Virus record (IMG/VR): IMGVR_UViG_3300032330_001086
Span: 1-34,340 of that record
Reading direction: 5' to 3' (one strand)
DNA length: 34,340 bases
Origin: a virus
Taxonomy: Duplodnaviria; Caudoviricetes
Each line of letters starts with the position of its first letter. Positions within the stretch are counted from its first letter, which is position 1. Of this stretch, positions 1 to 9,125 are shown piece by piece. The position numbers and the translations under genes are program-made. The notes under the pieces are model-generated. The model saw nothing but the letters and a program-made list of their open reading frames with translations, searched no databases and was not told the DNA's origin.

Positions 1-716
1 GGTTCGGTACGGTTGCCATCTTTGTCCAAGTCCAGGAAGTCAGGCTTGGCAGCTTCCATGGCAGCAACCTTGCCTGGCATGCGTTGTGCCAGACCTTGTA
101 GAGCTTGAATCAGCTGTGGGCTGGTGCCATACACAACATCGCCTTCTGCGCCAGACTTACTGCGCAGGTGATACAGGTCTTGATGATAAACCTTCATGAG
201 TTTTTCAAGAATGTCGCGATCTTTGATTGTGAAGCGTGGTGCATCCAGGGCTGGATCATAAGCAGCTTCCTCCATTCGGCCAGCCTGTTTTGCAGCACGA
301 ATACGGCTACCCAACACTTCATCCTTCTCACTTTCAATCCGACCATCTTGGTCATAATCTTTGTCGGCCATTTTTTCCATCACAGCCACATCGCCACCAC
401 CCCAGACTTCGTTGGTAGCACTTTCTTTCTTGGCAGCACCTTTGAACATGGCAGCAGCAGCCACACGCTCACCAGCAGCCTTGCTTCCATAACGCTTGGC
501 AGCAGCAGCGGCCACATCTTTGAACTTCTTACCAGGATGGCCAATGTCTTTGCCGGCACGAGCTTGTGTGGCCAATTCACTGCGCTCACCTTTGCTCAAT
601 AGTTTCTTGCCTGTGTCATGAGCAATTTCAGCCACTGCGCTTTCAGTCAATGGTTTACTTTCTGATTTGGCTTCAATGTCGGCCAGCTTCTTGTTTAGGT
701 CATAAAAAAATGTCAT
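1..716 (-). CDS. Partial CDS (runs off window start), putative internal head protein with DxDxDG motifs; absent from the supplied ORF track
   Basis: Manual translation from ATG at 716: MTFFYDLNKKLADIEAKSESKPLTESAVAE...DKDYDQDGRIESEKDE...AAKPDFLDLDKDGNRTE. Open to position 3, and starts 4 nt after the stop of the 721-1338 ORF. Confidence 0.8.
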   Translation of the reverse strand, partial: MTFFYDLNKKLADIEAKSESKPLTESAVAEIAHDTGKKLLSKGERSELATQARAGKDIGHPGKKFKDVAAAAAKRYGSKAAGERVAAAAMFKGAAKKESATNEVWGGGDVAVMEKMADKDYDQDGRIESEKDEVLGSRIRAAKQAGRMEEAAYDPALDAPRFTIKDRDILEKLMKVYHQDLYHLRSKSGAEGDVVYGTSPQLIQALQGLAQRMPGKVAAMEAAKPDFLDLDKDGNRTE

Positions 717-720
717 TCGA

Positions 721-1338
721 TTATCCTCTTGGGTTTGCGCCAGTAGCAGGGCGTGGTGGGCGCACAATCTTGGTCATTGGACTCTTAACGCCCATGGGCA
801 AGTCATTTGTGGTTTCAGCAGGCGCTGTCTTGCCACCGGCCACAGTGAAGTCACTGCGGTAGGCATTCTTGAGCACAGCGTGTTTGTAAGGATCACCCGA
901 GTAGTCTTTACTCAAGGCCTTTTGTTCTGCGTCTGCAGCAGGATATGGCTTTTCTAACACTGCGTCACCGTCGGTGCTGCCTTCTGCTGCCATGTTCTCA
1001 CGCTCTTTATCCATGCTGTCTTCATGTGCGCCTGTGAGCATGATGATGTGATTGGGATCCATGCCTAGAATCTGTGCCAGTTGCTTGATCTGTGGCTCAA
1101 TGGCTGGATAGCGAAATTCCACATCCATGCTGCTCACACGCTCATTGGCACAGGCAGGAAAGTCTGCGGGCTTGAGCTGTACTGGTGTGGTCTTTAATGT
1201 GCCAAAGCTCACAGGATCAAACTGAGCCAGTTTGTCCTTGAGGTCTTTTACAAAGGTTGAATCCACATCACCCACCATTTTAATGCGGTAGCGATAGGTT
1301 CTTTCCGATTCTGCGAGGTATGTTTTGAAGTTTTTCAT
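721..1338 (-). CDS. Hypothetical late protein, probably head-associated
   Basis: 205 aa. The N-terminus MKNFKTYLAES resembles T4-type capsid-targeting propeptides with an L-x-E protease site. TAAATA upstream at 1356-1361. Confidence 0.65.
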   Translation of the reverse strand: MKNFKTYLAESERTYRYRIKMVGDVDSTFVKDLKDKLAQFDPVSFGTLKTTPVQLKPADFPACANERVSSMDVEFRYPAIEPQIKQLAQILGMDPNHIIMLTGAHEDSMDKERENMAAEGSTDGDAVLEKPYPAADAEQKALSKDYSGDPYKHAVLKNAYRSDFTVAGGKTAPAETTNDLPMGVKSPMTKIVRPPRPATGANPRG

Positions 1339-1358
1339 GTCAGGTTCCTGTGCAATAT

Positions 1359-1841
1359 TTATGCAGTTTTTGGTTTTTGATCGCGGTTACCTACTAGACG
1401 CTCCAACAAATCATTGCGGCTCAGCACTTGTCCGTGAGCAGTTTCTGCGGGCTCACCGTTGTCTGAGTCGCGATCTAATTTGAGTTTCTTCAACTGCAGA
1501 TCAACCATTTTGAGTTTTTTGTTGAGCTTGGCTGTTTTGGCTGTAACAGCATGACCCAACATCGAGCTGGCCACTGACAGTATTTCAGCAGCATAACGGC
1601 TGTCCACATTCATGCCCAGATCTATTAGACTTTCAAAGGTTTCTGTGGCCTTGGCAGCAAGGTCGTCCATTTCAGCATCGCTGGCATCCAGTCCGCGCAC
1701 ACTGGGCAGTGCAGCATCAATCTTGTCTATGGCGTCATCCAATTCAGCCAAAGTGTGTTGTGCTTGTTCCACGGACTGTGGTTCTTCCGCCGTTTCATCC
1801 GTGGGTGGTAGGTTAAACAGTTCTTCCAATTTGCGAGTCAT
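1359..1841 (-). CDS. Helical late protein, possible terminase small subunit (gp16-like)
   Basis: Likely start MTRKLEELFNLP at 1841, with TAAATA 4 nt upstream. 160 aa with acidic N-terminus, helical core and basic KLNKKLKMVDLQLKK segment. Function inferred from size and context only. Confidence 0.5.
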   Translation of the reverse strand: MTRKLEELFNLPPTDETAEEPQSVEQAQHTLAELDDAIDKIDAALPSVRGLDASDAEMDDLAAKATETFESLIDLGMNVDSRYAAEILSVASSMLGHAVTAKTAKLNKKLKMVDLQLKKLKLDRDSDNGEPAETAHGQVLSRNDLLERLVGNRDQKPKTA

Positions 1842-1879
1842 GCCGTATTTACCGCTGGCATTTTTGGGTTGAGCGTATT

Positions 1880-2314
1880 TTAACGCCGGCCGCCTTGGTG
1901 GAACATGTCGTCTTCGGTAATGACTCGGAAGTGCAGGCCGTTGCGACGAGCCCATTTTGTCGCCGCATCCCATTTGGCATAGTTAATGGCCACAACTGCG
2001 CGGTCTCTACTACTAGCCTTGCTCTCCACTATGCTCTGCTTTTTGGGTTTGATCTCAATCAGCTCGGCCCGCACAGTGTTATCACGGTTGCGATAGGTAA
2101 TCAAGAAGTCGGGCACATAAATGGTCTGCCGGCCTGTGAGTGGATGACGGTAGGGTATTCGCACACTTTCGCTGGCCCACTGTAGTACATGATCATTGTT
2201 GTCAAGAAAACGCATAAACGCATGTTCCCAACCTGATCTGTAACGAGGCGCGCCATTGCCCACATACTTGGCAGGATTAAGAACTTGATACTGACCCTGC
2301 GCCCACTTGCTCAT
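1880..2314 (-). CDS. gp4: Head completion nuclease, T4 gp4-like (TnsA N-terminal-type PD-(D/E)xK fold)
   Basis: NPAKYVG, YRSGWE..FM, W.SE...IPY, YVPDF, IEIKP, N.AKW.AA, F.VITE motifs. Confidence 0.9.
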   Translation of the reverse strand: MSKWAQGQYQVLNPAKYVGNGAPRYRSGWEHAFMRFLDNNDHVLQWASESVRIPYRHPLTGRQTIYVPDFLITYRNRDNTVRAELIEIKPKKQSIVESKASSRDRAVVAINYAKWDAATKWARRNGLHFRVITEDDMFHQGGRR

Positions 2315-2670
2315 AGCAACACATTGCGACTGGCATAGTAATTGATGGCAGTGGGTTGTGCTATACCTAACAAGGTAGCTGGTGAACGTATACCGTTTAA
2401 GTAGTAGGCCAAGGTAATGGTTATTTCAACTTGATTTTGGCCTTCCATCTGCTGCAAAAGATTCAACACTGGCACACGACTTTGATTGGCCACACGGAAC
2501 AAGGCCACTGTAAAGTTGCCGGCAGCTTCAGCTGAAGTAAACACACTACGGAAAAAACTGTAGACAACATCATACTCTTCTGCAGAAACATTTTGTTCGT
2601 AGGCATAGAATGTGTCGAAAATTCTGACAGTGGTATCTATACTGGGGTTGGGTGCGTTAATTGTGCCCAT
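2311..2670 (-). CDS. Hypothetical protein
   Basis: 119-aa ORF coupled to both neighbours by overlapping stop/start codons. Confidence 0.7.
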   Translation of the reverse strand: MGTINAPNPSIDTTVRIFDTFYAYEQNVSAEEYDVVYSFFRSVFTSAEAAGNFTVALFRVANQSRVPVLNLLQQMEGQNQVEITITLAYYLNGIRSPATLLGIAQPTAINYYASRNVLL

Positions 2671-3917
2671 TAGCGGATTCCTACTCCGGTTATGGGATCT
2701 ACACTACTACCGCTGTTGGTTAGATCAAGTAGTCTATTGGTATTTGGAGGATTAGGGAAAACAGGGCTACTGAAGTTGCTGCTCTGCGACTGTCCAGTGT
2801 TGGGATTGGGTGAGGTGCTGCCAATGGCACCACGTACCGCACCTGGTAAACTCTGCCTAATGGTTGTGTTTGCTAGGTCATAGGCTTCTTGAGTTACTAT
2901 GCTGCGAATGTCTTTGTCTTTGAAGGTGTTGTAGGCTGTTCCAGCTTTTTGTATTGCACCAATTGCACCAGCCACACCACCCGACGCTAGGTCTTCATAT
3001 ATGCCAATGCCGGTGTCTAACAGTCCACCTTGACCCAACACTGTGGCAGTTGAACCTGGACGTGAAATTCCACTGCGAATAAGATCATAGTAGGCAGGGT
3101 CAGCAAAACCAATAGCATTGGTGTCAGGCTTGGCAGCACCTACCGCACCCGAATAATATTTTACAGTTTCATATCTAATGGTCATACTATGTTGCATGGT
3201 GCCATTGCCTTGACTGTAGTCATAGGTGTCGTGACCAAAGTCGGTGATCATGGGATTGATCAGCACATAAGCTGCAAACTTGTGTTGATCAAAACCGTAA
3301 ATTCTGATGTCTTTGAAAAAGGCAGGCTTGCTGCCAGAGTTGGCAGTATATCCATCGCTGTAGCTTTCACCTATGTAGCCCCAGTCGTTGATGTTGCGAT
3401 TGTTGGCATAGATGTCTCTACTGTTGTAATCAAATCCCACAGGTGTTGTGTATGTTGTACCAATGCTGCCGTTGGTGGTGGTCATGTTATCATATTTTTG
3501 ACTTGGATCTTTGTAGTAATAACTGAAATAGTTGTACCACATGTTGCGAATATTATCGCCACCGTCATCATGCAAGTCTATCTTGACTGGTTGATATTCA
3601 ATCTTGCTTTGTACCAGGCGTTTGCGATTGTACTGATTAAGTGTTTCCACACTCATTTGATAACTGGGCAATTGGATATTTTTAACCAATATGCCCAACA
3701 CAGTTTGACCGTTGCTGGTGCTGGGGAAAATATTTTTAAGAACAGGTACCTGTGCTGTGTTTAGGTTGAAGTAGACATGAAAAAGAAACTTCTGTCTCGG
3801 AGCCAGTTCATAGCCATTGCTGCGAAAAACCTTGCTGGCATGACTGTAGTCTTTGAGACCAGGGGCACTGAAAAAACCCTCGGCAAAGCCTTTGAGAAAA
3901 TCCTGGCCCCAACTCAT
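2670..3917 (-). CDS. Tail tube-fold baseplate protein (gp54/gp19-like tube initiator)
   Basis: VKNIQLPSY...ETLNQYNRKR...KIEYQPV.I..HDD, then LINPMIT...HDTYDYS...MTIRYE: a tube-protein pattern. Lies directly downstream of the tube gene. Confidence 0.7.
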   Translation of the reverse strand: MSWGQDFLKGFAEGFFSAPGLKDYSHASKVFRSNGYELAPRQKFLFHVYFNLNTAQVPVLKNIFPSTSNGQTVLGILVKNIQLPSYQMSVETLNQYNRKRLVQSKIEYQPVKIDLHDDGGDNIRNMWYNYFSYYYKDPSQKYDNMTTTNGSIGTTYTTPVGFDYNSRDIYANNRNINDWGYIGESYSDGYTANSGSKPAFFKDIRIYGFDQHKFAAYVLINPMITDFGHDTYDYSQGNGTMQHSMTIRYETVKYYSGAVGAAKPDTNAIGFADPAYYDLIRSGISRPGSTATVLGQGGLLDTGIGIYEDLASGGVAGAIGAIQKAGTAYNTFKDKDIRSIVTQEAYDLANTTIRQSLPGAVRGAIGSTSPNPNTGQSQSSNFSSPVFPNPPNTNRLLDLTNSGSSVDPITGVGIR

Positions 3918-3923
3918 TGGAGG

Positions 3924-4541
3924 TTATCCGTTGACAACATCACCCACTGTACGACCCACAGTGGCGCCAACGCCGCTACCTGTTGGAGTTTGTAGTGCGT
4001 TGTCGTAACGTATGGTCAAAGCCACTGTCATTGTTTCGCTGCTGCCGTAGTTGGCATCACCGTAGTTCACGCTTTGCAGGTAGCAGCCATATAATTCCCA
4101 TGTTTCAAGCACAACAGGTTGGCTGGCGCCATTACCGCCGTCTAAAACTTCAAAGCGTGTGAGGAACTTGTAGTCAATACCAGCAGCAGCCGAAGCCTGT
4201 TCCATGAAGTCCAACTGCTTCTGCAGTTGTTCGCCTACAAGGCGCTGAACCTGACCGCCTGCATCATCACGCAGGGAGCATGTGACATCTTCCCAGGTGT
4301 ACTTGCCGGCCAATTTGATTGTGCTGTTGTAGATAGGTAGATCAATATTGGCAAAGGTCACCGTGGGACGCTTGAAATCCATGACCTGTTTGGTTAATTC
4401 TGTTCTGGGTGTGCTGACTCCAAAATTTTCAAATAACACTCTAAAGCGATATTTGAGTTTGGGCATCAACAGGCCCTGTGTGCTTTGACTTTGATCACTG
4501 GCCAAAGGCACTGTCATTCTGCTTAGTGATGAAACGGCCAT
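3924..4541 (-). CDS. gp19: Tail tube protein
   Basis: PKLKYRFRV, RPTVTF, KLAGKYTW, WELYGC...VNYG..NY, LTIRYDNA. Follows the sheath gene. SD AGGAG and TAAATA upstream. Confidence 0.9.
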   Translation of the reverse strand: MAVSSLSRMTVPLASDQSQSTQGLLMPKLKYRFRVLFENFGVSTPRTELTKQVMDFKRPTVTFANIDLPIYNSTIKLAGKYTWEDVTCSLRDDAGGQVQRLVGEQLQKQLDFMEQASAAAGIDYKFLTRFEVLDGGNGASQPVVLETWELYGCYLQSVNYGDANYGSSETMTVALTIRYDNALQTPTGSGVGATVGRTVGDVVNG

Positions 4542-4562
4542 AATGTTATCTCCTATATGTTT

Positions 4563-4568
4563 TATTTA
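4563..4568 (-). promoter_or_regulatory. T4-type late promoter core TAAATA for the tail tube gene
   Basis: CATAAATA between the sheath terminator and the SD of the tube gene. Confidence 0.7.
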
Positions 4569-4585
4569 TGGCTTGACCTTGGGCC

Positions 4586-4607
4586 AAAAAAGGGGTCCGA
4601 AGACCCC
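4586..4607 (-). terminator. Rho-independent terminator after the sheath gene
   Basis: GGGGTC-TTCG-GACCCC-TTTTTT on the minus strand, with a C(UUCG)G tetraloop. Confidence 0.9.
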
Positions 4608-4631
4608 GTTCTTGAATTTCTATCATAGTCA

Positions 4632-7600
4632 TTAACCTGCCACTGCTGTTACGGCTGTACTAGCTGCAATTTCACCAGTGTTCTTGATACGCAGAGGAAT
4701 GTAAATGAATTCCACAGCCTTCACAGGTTCAATTGCAATGTCCACCCACAACTCGTTGGCATCAATACGTGCAGGTGTATTGTTTGATAAATCGCAAACC
4801 ACCAAGTAGTCATAGATACCACGCTTGGCAATCAAATCAATCATCAAACCATTTACAGCATTGGTCATTTCGTTGCGTGTGATTTGATCGTTGGGTTCAA
4901 ACAAGTACAGTTTACCAATTTCTTCTAATCTACTGCGCAAGAACACAATCAATCGTGCCACATTGATACGATCCAGGGCCGAAGTTGTGGCTTGACCAGT
5001 CTTGTTACCAAAGTTTGTAATACCAACACCAGGCACAAATGTGATTGGATTGATGTTGTTTTGATATAGTACATCACGCAGGCCTTGATTTACTCCAATT
5101 GTAACAAATTCTCCTGTCTGACCATTGATATAACCAATGCGGAAGGCATTGTCGGCCACGCCACGACGTGTGCCAGCAGGTGCTAACCAGGGGAACGCAG
5201 CAGCATCACTACGGATGATTGTGCGAACCATCATGTGACTTGGGGGCTGTACCACTGTTGAGCCCGACAGGTCAGTAGTCTGACAGCTGGGATAAAACAC
5301 TGCCTGATATGCGCTGTGTGACTGCAATCCGTCACCGGTGGTCCAATCTGTTGAGTCGTTGTCCCAGGCAATGATTTGATTGGCATCTGGTTCAAGACGC
5401 AGTGGTGTATCACCAACAACAAAGCAAGTGTTATTACGATCGTTGCTGAGTGCCACCATGTTAGGAATCAACTCAGGGTACTGTGGGCAAGCAACTAAGT
5501 TAAACTGGCGCTGTTCTTCGCGTGCCTGTACACTGGTATCAATACCTGCTTTCAGTGCCTGCACAATTAACACACGCTGAGCTTGACGTCCCATGTAAGG
5601 CGAACCATTGGCTGCATTGCCTGATGCGTTAAGCCAAGTATTGGTTTCACTAACTGGCCACCAGTATGTGGTATTTGTTGGTATCTGATTGGTACTTGAT
5701 GATTTAGCATTATAGATAGCACCATTGTATTGTACATAATTGTTTTGATAATAGGTGGTGGCGTCATCCCATGCCGGTATTGAAAAATCTTGTACATTGA
5801 AATAGTTCACCTGGAAACTCTTGACATTGAAACCACTGCGCCGTGTATTCCATAGCAATGTACCTTGTGGGTACAGTGTAGGTTCTGGCGCATCAACGTC
5901 CAAGTAGTTGCTGGTTAACAAACTGGTGATGGTTGGCAATGGATCTGAAATTGGATTGGTTGCTCCATTTGGAGCCCAACGTGCATCTGCAAACAAGATA
6001 CCATTACTTGTGGTTTGATCAGTGTTGTCAATCAGCACCCACTGATCCTGCCCATCAACATTTTCCCAACGATACAGCAGAGGATACAGTTCTAAATTAG
6101 CAGTACTGACCCAAAGATCCCCATACACCAATGGGCTTTGTGCAGTGTTAGTCTGTGTGGTAGGTGCTGTGGCGCTGATAATAGGACCTGTAGCATTACA
6201 CAATTGCAAATCGTAGCCACGAACATCGTTACTGACTGTTTGATATCCTACCCAAGTATTATTATTCTGAATCATAATGTCCACTTGGTTTGTGGCCGAG
6301 TAGTACCAGTAGGTACCATCAGCAGGATCTTGATCTGGTGCAGTGTCGCTTGCAGCATAGGTAAAGAATGGTGCACCAGTGAATCCACTCAATGCCACGT
6401 AATTCACACTATTGATTACAACATCACGTATGCCTTCAACTGTGGTATCAAATCCTGCTTCACCGATTGGATCGCCTGACACATTGCTTAGGAAAATACT
6501 GCCACCTGCACTGTGAGTCATTACAATGGCACCGTTGCTATCAACTGCAGCACTGACATACGGTACTGCAGCAGCACTCACAGCAGCAACAAAGTCTGAA
6601 GCCGCGCCACTCAGAATGTATGCTGTCACAGGAGTGGTCAAGGTCGAGGTTCCTGGCTGAGTCGCTGATATTAAGAAACTATCGGTACCTAGAAAACTAG
6701 GAGTATCGGTATTGCCTGTGATGCTCATAGCTCCAGTCTGATAACGTTCAAAAATTTCCAAACCTGCTGTGTCGGGGCTATTGTAAGCAGGATTTAAATG
6801 AGCGTAGGTTGTTCCAATGGGAATATTCTTGCCGCCCCCCGAGGGATCTAACGCATAGATAGCATTGGATTCAAATGAGTAAACCGGACAAAGTTGTTGT
6901 ACCCAAGTTGCCAGTGTGCTATCGTATTTTTTGATCACCAGATTTACACCAAGATTTACATTGTTGGTTTTTTGCCATACCGAACCAGTGGGTTCTGGAT
7001 TGGTTTGTGTGCTACCCCAACGTGGTGTTTGATAGTTAGGAGTTGCCTGGAAAGCTGGAGCCAAATAAGTTCCTTCTGAGATTCCCAAGGTGGTCAATGG
7101 TGTACCAGCATTGTTTTGAATGAATACTGCACCTTCGCCCCCGGTGCTGCCATCCGCTGTGGCTGTGCTGTTGGCAAAAATTTGTAGTTTGCCGTCAACC
7201 ACACCCGAATAAACACCAGTTATGTTGGCTGAGTTGATGTTATTGCTCAAGGTTGTTACACTAGTTCCTGTGGGCACACTGGTACCATTGATCAAGACAC
7301 TGTTGCCGTTGGTCAACGATACAGGAGCGTTGGCACTCTGAATTGTGGGCCATGCTGTTTTCCAATCGTCGCTGCCAACTAACACCCAGGTATTATAGAA
7401 ATCGCTGAGTTCAGTGGCAGAAGTTTGCAATGCAGTGGGACCGCCACGCTTGAAATAGATTGGGTTTTGATACACATCGTTAACACCAACCACTACCACA
7501 GCATACTGTCCAATACTGCCCACACTTTGCAACGGCACAGTACTGTTAGATTCTAATTGTGTAGTACTGCTGATTACCAATGGTTTTTGATTGGTAAATG

Positions 7601-8063
7601 CGTTGGTGGTAATATTCCACTGGAAAATACCCCAAGTTGTGTTGGCTGTGTCTAACCAGTATGTGCCATTGGGTGCACTGCCTGTGGGGCGAACCAAAGT
7701 TGCTGTCAACGCTGCAAGATCAATGTCGGCGCGCTGTACATAGGCTTGGTTTGTGCTGCCCAAAGCCGAGTAAGCAGCTAATAGGCCATACTCATTGAGT
7801 TCATAACCATTGATGGGTGTACCAGCAGTGGTTTTGTAAAAGAATGGTACACCAAAAGTAGCGGATAGATCGCGCTGACTAGTGATCAAATAAGATTTAT
7901 TTGCATTGGCTGCAAGTGTGCCAGCTGCAACTCCTACACCTGCTCCGCTTGCTTTGTTTTGGGCGGTAACAATCAAAAAGTATGGTACCGAATTGGTAGC
8001 AGCAGGTAGATATTGACTTTCGTCAATGACTGTGACTTGTACTCCTGGGGATACTAGGGCCAT
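4632..8063 (-). CDS. gp18: Tail sheath protein with large insertions
   Basis: N-terminal LVSPGVQVTVIDES. C-terminal PWLAPAGTRRG, LYQNNINPI, GNKT, LDRINVARL, LFEPND..TR, CD.SNNTP.RID.NEL..DIAIEPVKAVEFIYI. Confidence 0.95.
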   Translation of the reverse strand: MALVSPGVQVTVIDESQYLPAATNSVPYFLIVTAQNKASGAGVGVAAGTLAANANKSYLITSQRDLSATFGVPFFYKTTAGTPINGYELNEYGLLAAYSALGSTNQAYVQRADIDLAALTATLVRPTGSAPNGTYWLDTANTTWGIFQWNITTNAFTNQKPLVISSTTQLESNSTVPLQSVGSIGQYAVVVVGVNDVYQNPIYFKRGGPTALQTSATELSDFYNTWVLVGSDDWKTAWPTIQSANAPVSLTNGNSVLINGTSVPTGTSVTTLSNNINSANITGVYSGVVDGKLQIFANSTATADGSTGGEGAVFIQNNAGTPLTTLGISEGTYLAPAFQATPNYQTPRWGSTQTNPEPTGSVWQKTNNVNLGVNLVIKKYDSTLATWVQQLCPVYSFESNAIYALDPSGGGKNIPIGTTYAHLNPAYNSPDTAGLEIFERYQTGAMSITGNTDTPSFLGTDSFLISATQPGTSTLTTPVTAYILSGAASDFVAAVSAAAVPYVSAAVDSNGAIVMTHSAGGSIFLSNVSGDPIGEAGFDTTVEGIRDVVINSVNYVALSGFTGAPFFTYAASDTAPDQDPADGTYWYYSATNQVDIMIQNNNTWVGYQTVSNDVRGYDLQLCNATGPIISATAPTTQTNTAQSPLVYGDLWVSTANLELYPLLYRWENVDGQDQWVLIDNTDQTTSNGILFADARWAPNGATNPISDPLPTITSLLTSNYLDVDAPEPTLYPQGTLLWNTRRSGFNVKSFQVNYFNVQDFSIPAWDDATTYYQNNYVQYNGAIYNAKSSSTNQIPTNTTYWWPVSETNTWLNASGNAANGSPYMGRQAQRVLIVQALKAGIDTSVQAREEQRQFNLVACPQYPELIPNMVALSNDRNNTCFVVGDTPLRLEPDANQIIAWDNDSTDWTTGDGLQSHSAYQAVFYPSCQTTDLSGSTVVQPPSHMMVRTIIRSDAAAFPWLAPAGTRRGVADNAFRIGYINGQTGEFVTIGVNQGLRDVLYQNNINPITFVPGVGITNFGNKTGQATTSALDRINVARLIVFLRSRLEEIGKLYLFEPNDQITRNEMTNAVNGLMIDLIAKRGIYDYLVVCDLSNNTPARIDANELWVDIAIEPVKAVEFIYIPLRIKNTGEIAASTAVTAVAG

Positions 8064-8088
8064 AATGGGTTCCTCTTCAAGTTATTGA

Positions 8089-8153
8089 TATTTATCGGAA
8101 CCACTAAAAACTGTACCTAAATAGGCACCTTTGGCAAAGGTTTTGTGTAAATA
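8089..8153. promoter_or_regulatory. Divergent late promoters: TAAATA on minus 8089-8094 for the sheath, TAAATA on plus 8148-8153 for the HNH-like ORF
   Basis: The same hexamer precedes most structural genes in this window. Confidence 0.65.
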
Positions 8154-8158
8154 GGGTT

Positions 8159-8506
8159 ATGAAAAGACCACAGTGTCCAGCTTGTCAACAGCGTCCTTGT
8201 GCTGTAAACTATTTGTCAGAAGATCGAGTACACTACCGTTCGCGATGCGAAGTTTGCATACGCAAAAGTCGCCGGATAAAACCGCCTGTGCCTAGATGGC
8301 AGCAGGCTGGTTACAAAAAGAAAACAGTTTGCGATCGCTGCGGTTTCAGATCAAAGTACAGTGCTCAACTAGTGGTTTACCATGTGGATGGTAACTTACA
8401 CAATTCAGATTTTAAAAATCTCAAAACTATCTGTCAGAACTGCGTGATCGAAGTCAGTAGACTGGATTTACCTTGGCGTGTTGGAGATCTTGAACCAGAT
8501 CATTGA
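8159..8506 (+). CDS. Cys-rich Zn-binding HNH-like protein
   Basis: CPAC, CEVC, CDRC, and YHVDGN..N....NLKTICQNC HNH-like core. Confidence 0.75.
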   Translation: MKRPQCPACQQRPCAVNYLSEDRVHYRSRCEVCIRKSRRIKPPVPRWQQAGYKKKTVCDRCGFRSKYSAQLVVYHVDGNLHNSDFKNLKTICQNCVIEVSRLDLPWRVGDLEPDH

Positions 8507-9125
8507 CTTGGGCATAGAGATCATCCATGGTACCGTTGTTGTCAATCACAAGATCAAAGGGAGTGTCAAGCCAGGCCCACTCGCTGGTGTGAATCTCGGG
8601 CCACTGACGACGCATGCCCAGCCCGCGCTGTTCCATCAAGTACTGATCCTCTCCGGCTGCCAGGGTGCGTAGTGCGCAGGTGTACCACTCAGGCATGGGT
8701 CCGCGCCGTACCCACAGCACACGCCCACCCACTCTGCGTATGGCAGCTATTTCGTTGGGGAATCTGCAGTCAGAAATCACTATGTCATCGGTGGTTCGGC
8801 GCAGTTTGTTTTCCACACTGGCTACCCAGATGTCATCGTGAAAGTGCTGTCTACACACTTCAGTGCCCCACAACTGCAGGATGTAGCGTGGAGTTAATTT
8901 AGGCATGTCCAGACGCCGGGCCCACCAAGGATCCACAGTTTCGCGCCACTCGCGACTTTGTCTAGTACGCCCTTCCAAGAGCTCACGGTCCCATCCAAAC
9001 ACAGCACTCACAGCATCTTTAAGCGAGTTGGCCCAGCTGTCTCTGCGGAATTCGTGTAGGTTTACTAGATAGTCAGCAATGGTATCTTTACCCGACCCAA
9101 TCCAACCACAAATACCTATGATCAT
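8454..9125 (-). CDS. gp1: Deoxynucleoside monophosphate kinase (T4 gp1-like)
   Basis: IIGICGWIGSGKDT P-loop, LKDAVS..FGW, TPR..LQ..GTE, VISDCRFPNE, H.SE, IDNNGT. Confidence 0.92.
   Translation of the reverse strand: MIIGICGWIGSGKDTIADYLVNLHEFRRDSWANSLKDAVSAVFGWDRELLEGRTRQSREWRETVDPWWARRLDMPKLTPRYILQLWGTEVCRQHFHDDIWVASVENKLRRTTDDIVISDCRFPNEIAAIRRVGGRVLWVRRGPMPEWYTCALRTLAAGEDQYLMEQRGLGMRRQWPEIHTSEWAWLDTPFDLVIDNNGTMDDLYAQVNDLVQDLQHAKVNPVY

Noticed and set aside
105-862. Plus-strand ORFs 105-602, 236-418 and 566-862, and minus ORF 380-589
   Set aside because: Shadows of the real minus-strand gene starting at 716 and of 721-1338
1842-1973. N-terminal extension of ORF 1359-1973
   Set aside because: Overlaps gp4 in another frame. 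A TAAATA sits just before ATG 1841, the better start.
3189-7079. Antisense and alternate-frame ORFs within the tube and sheath genes
   Set aside because: No motifs or start signals; explained by codon bias of the sense genes
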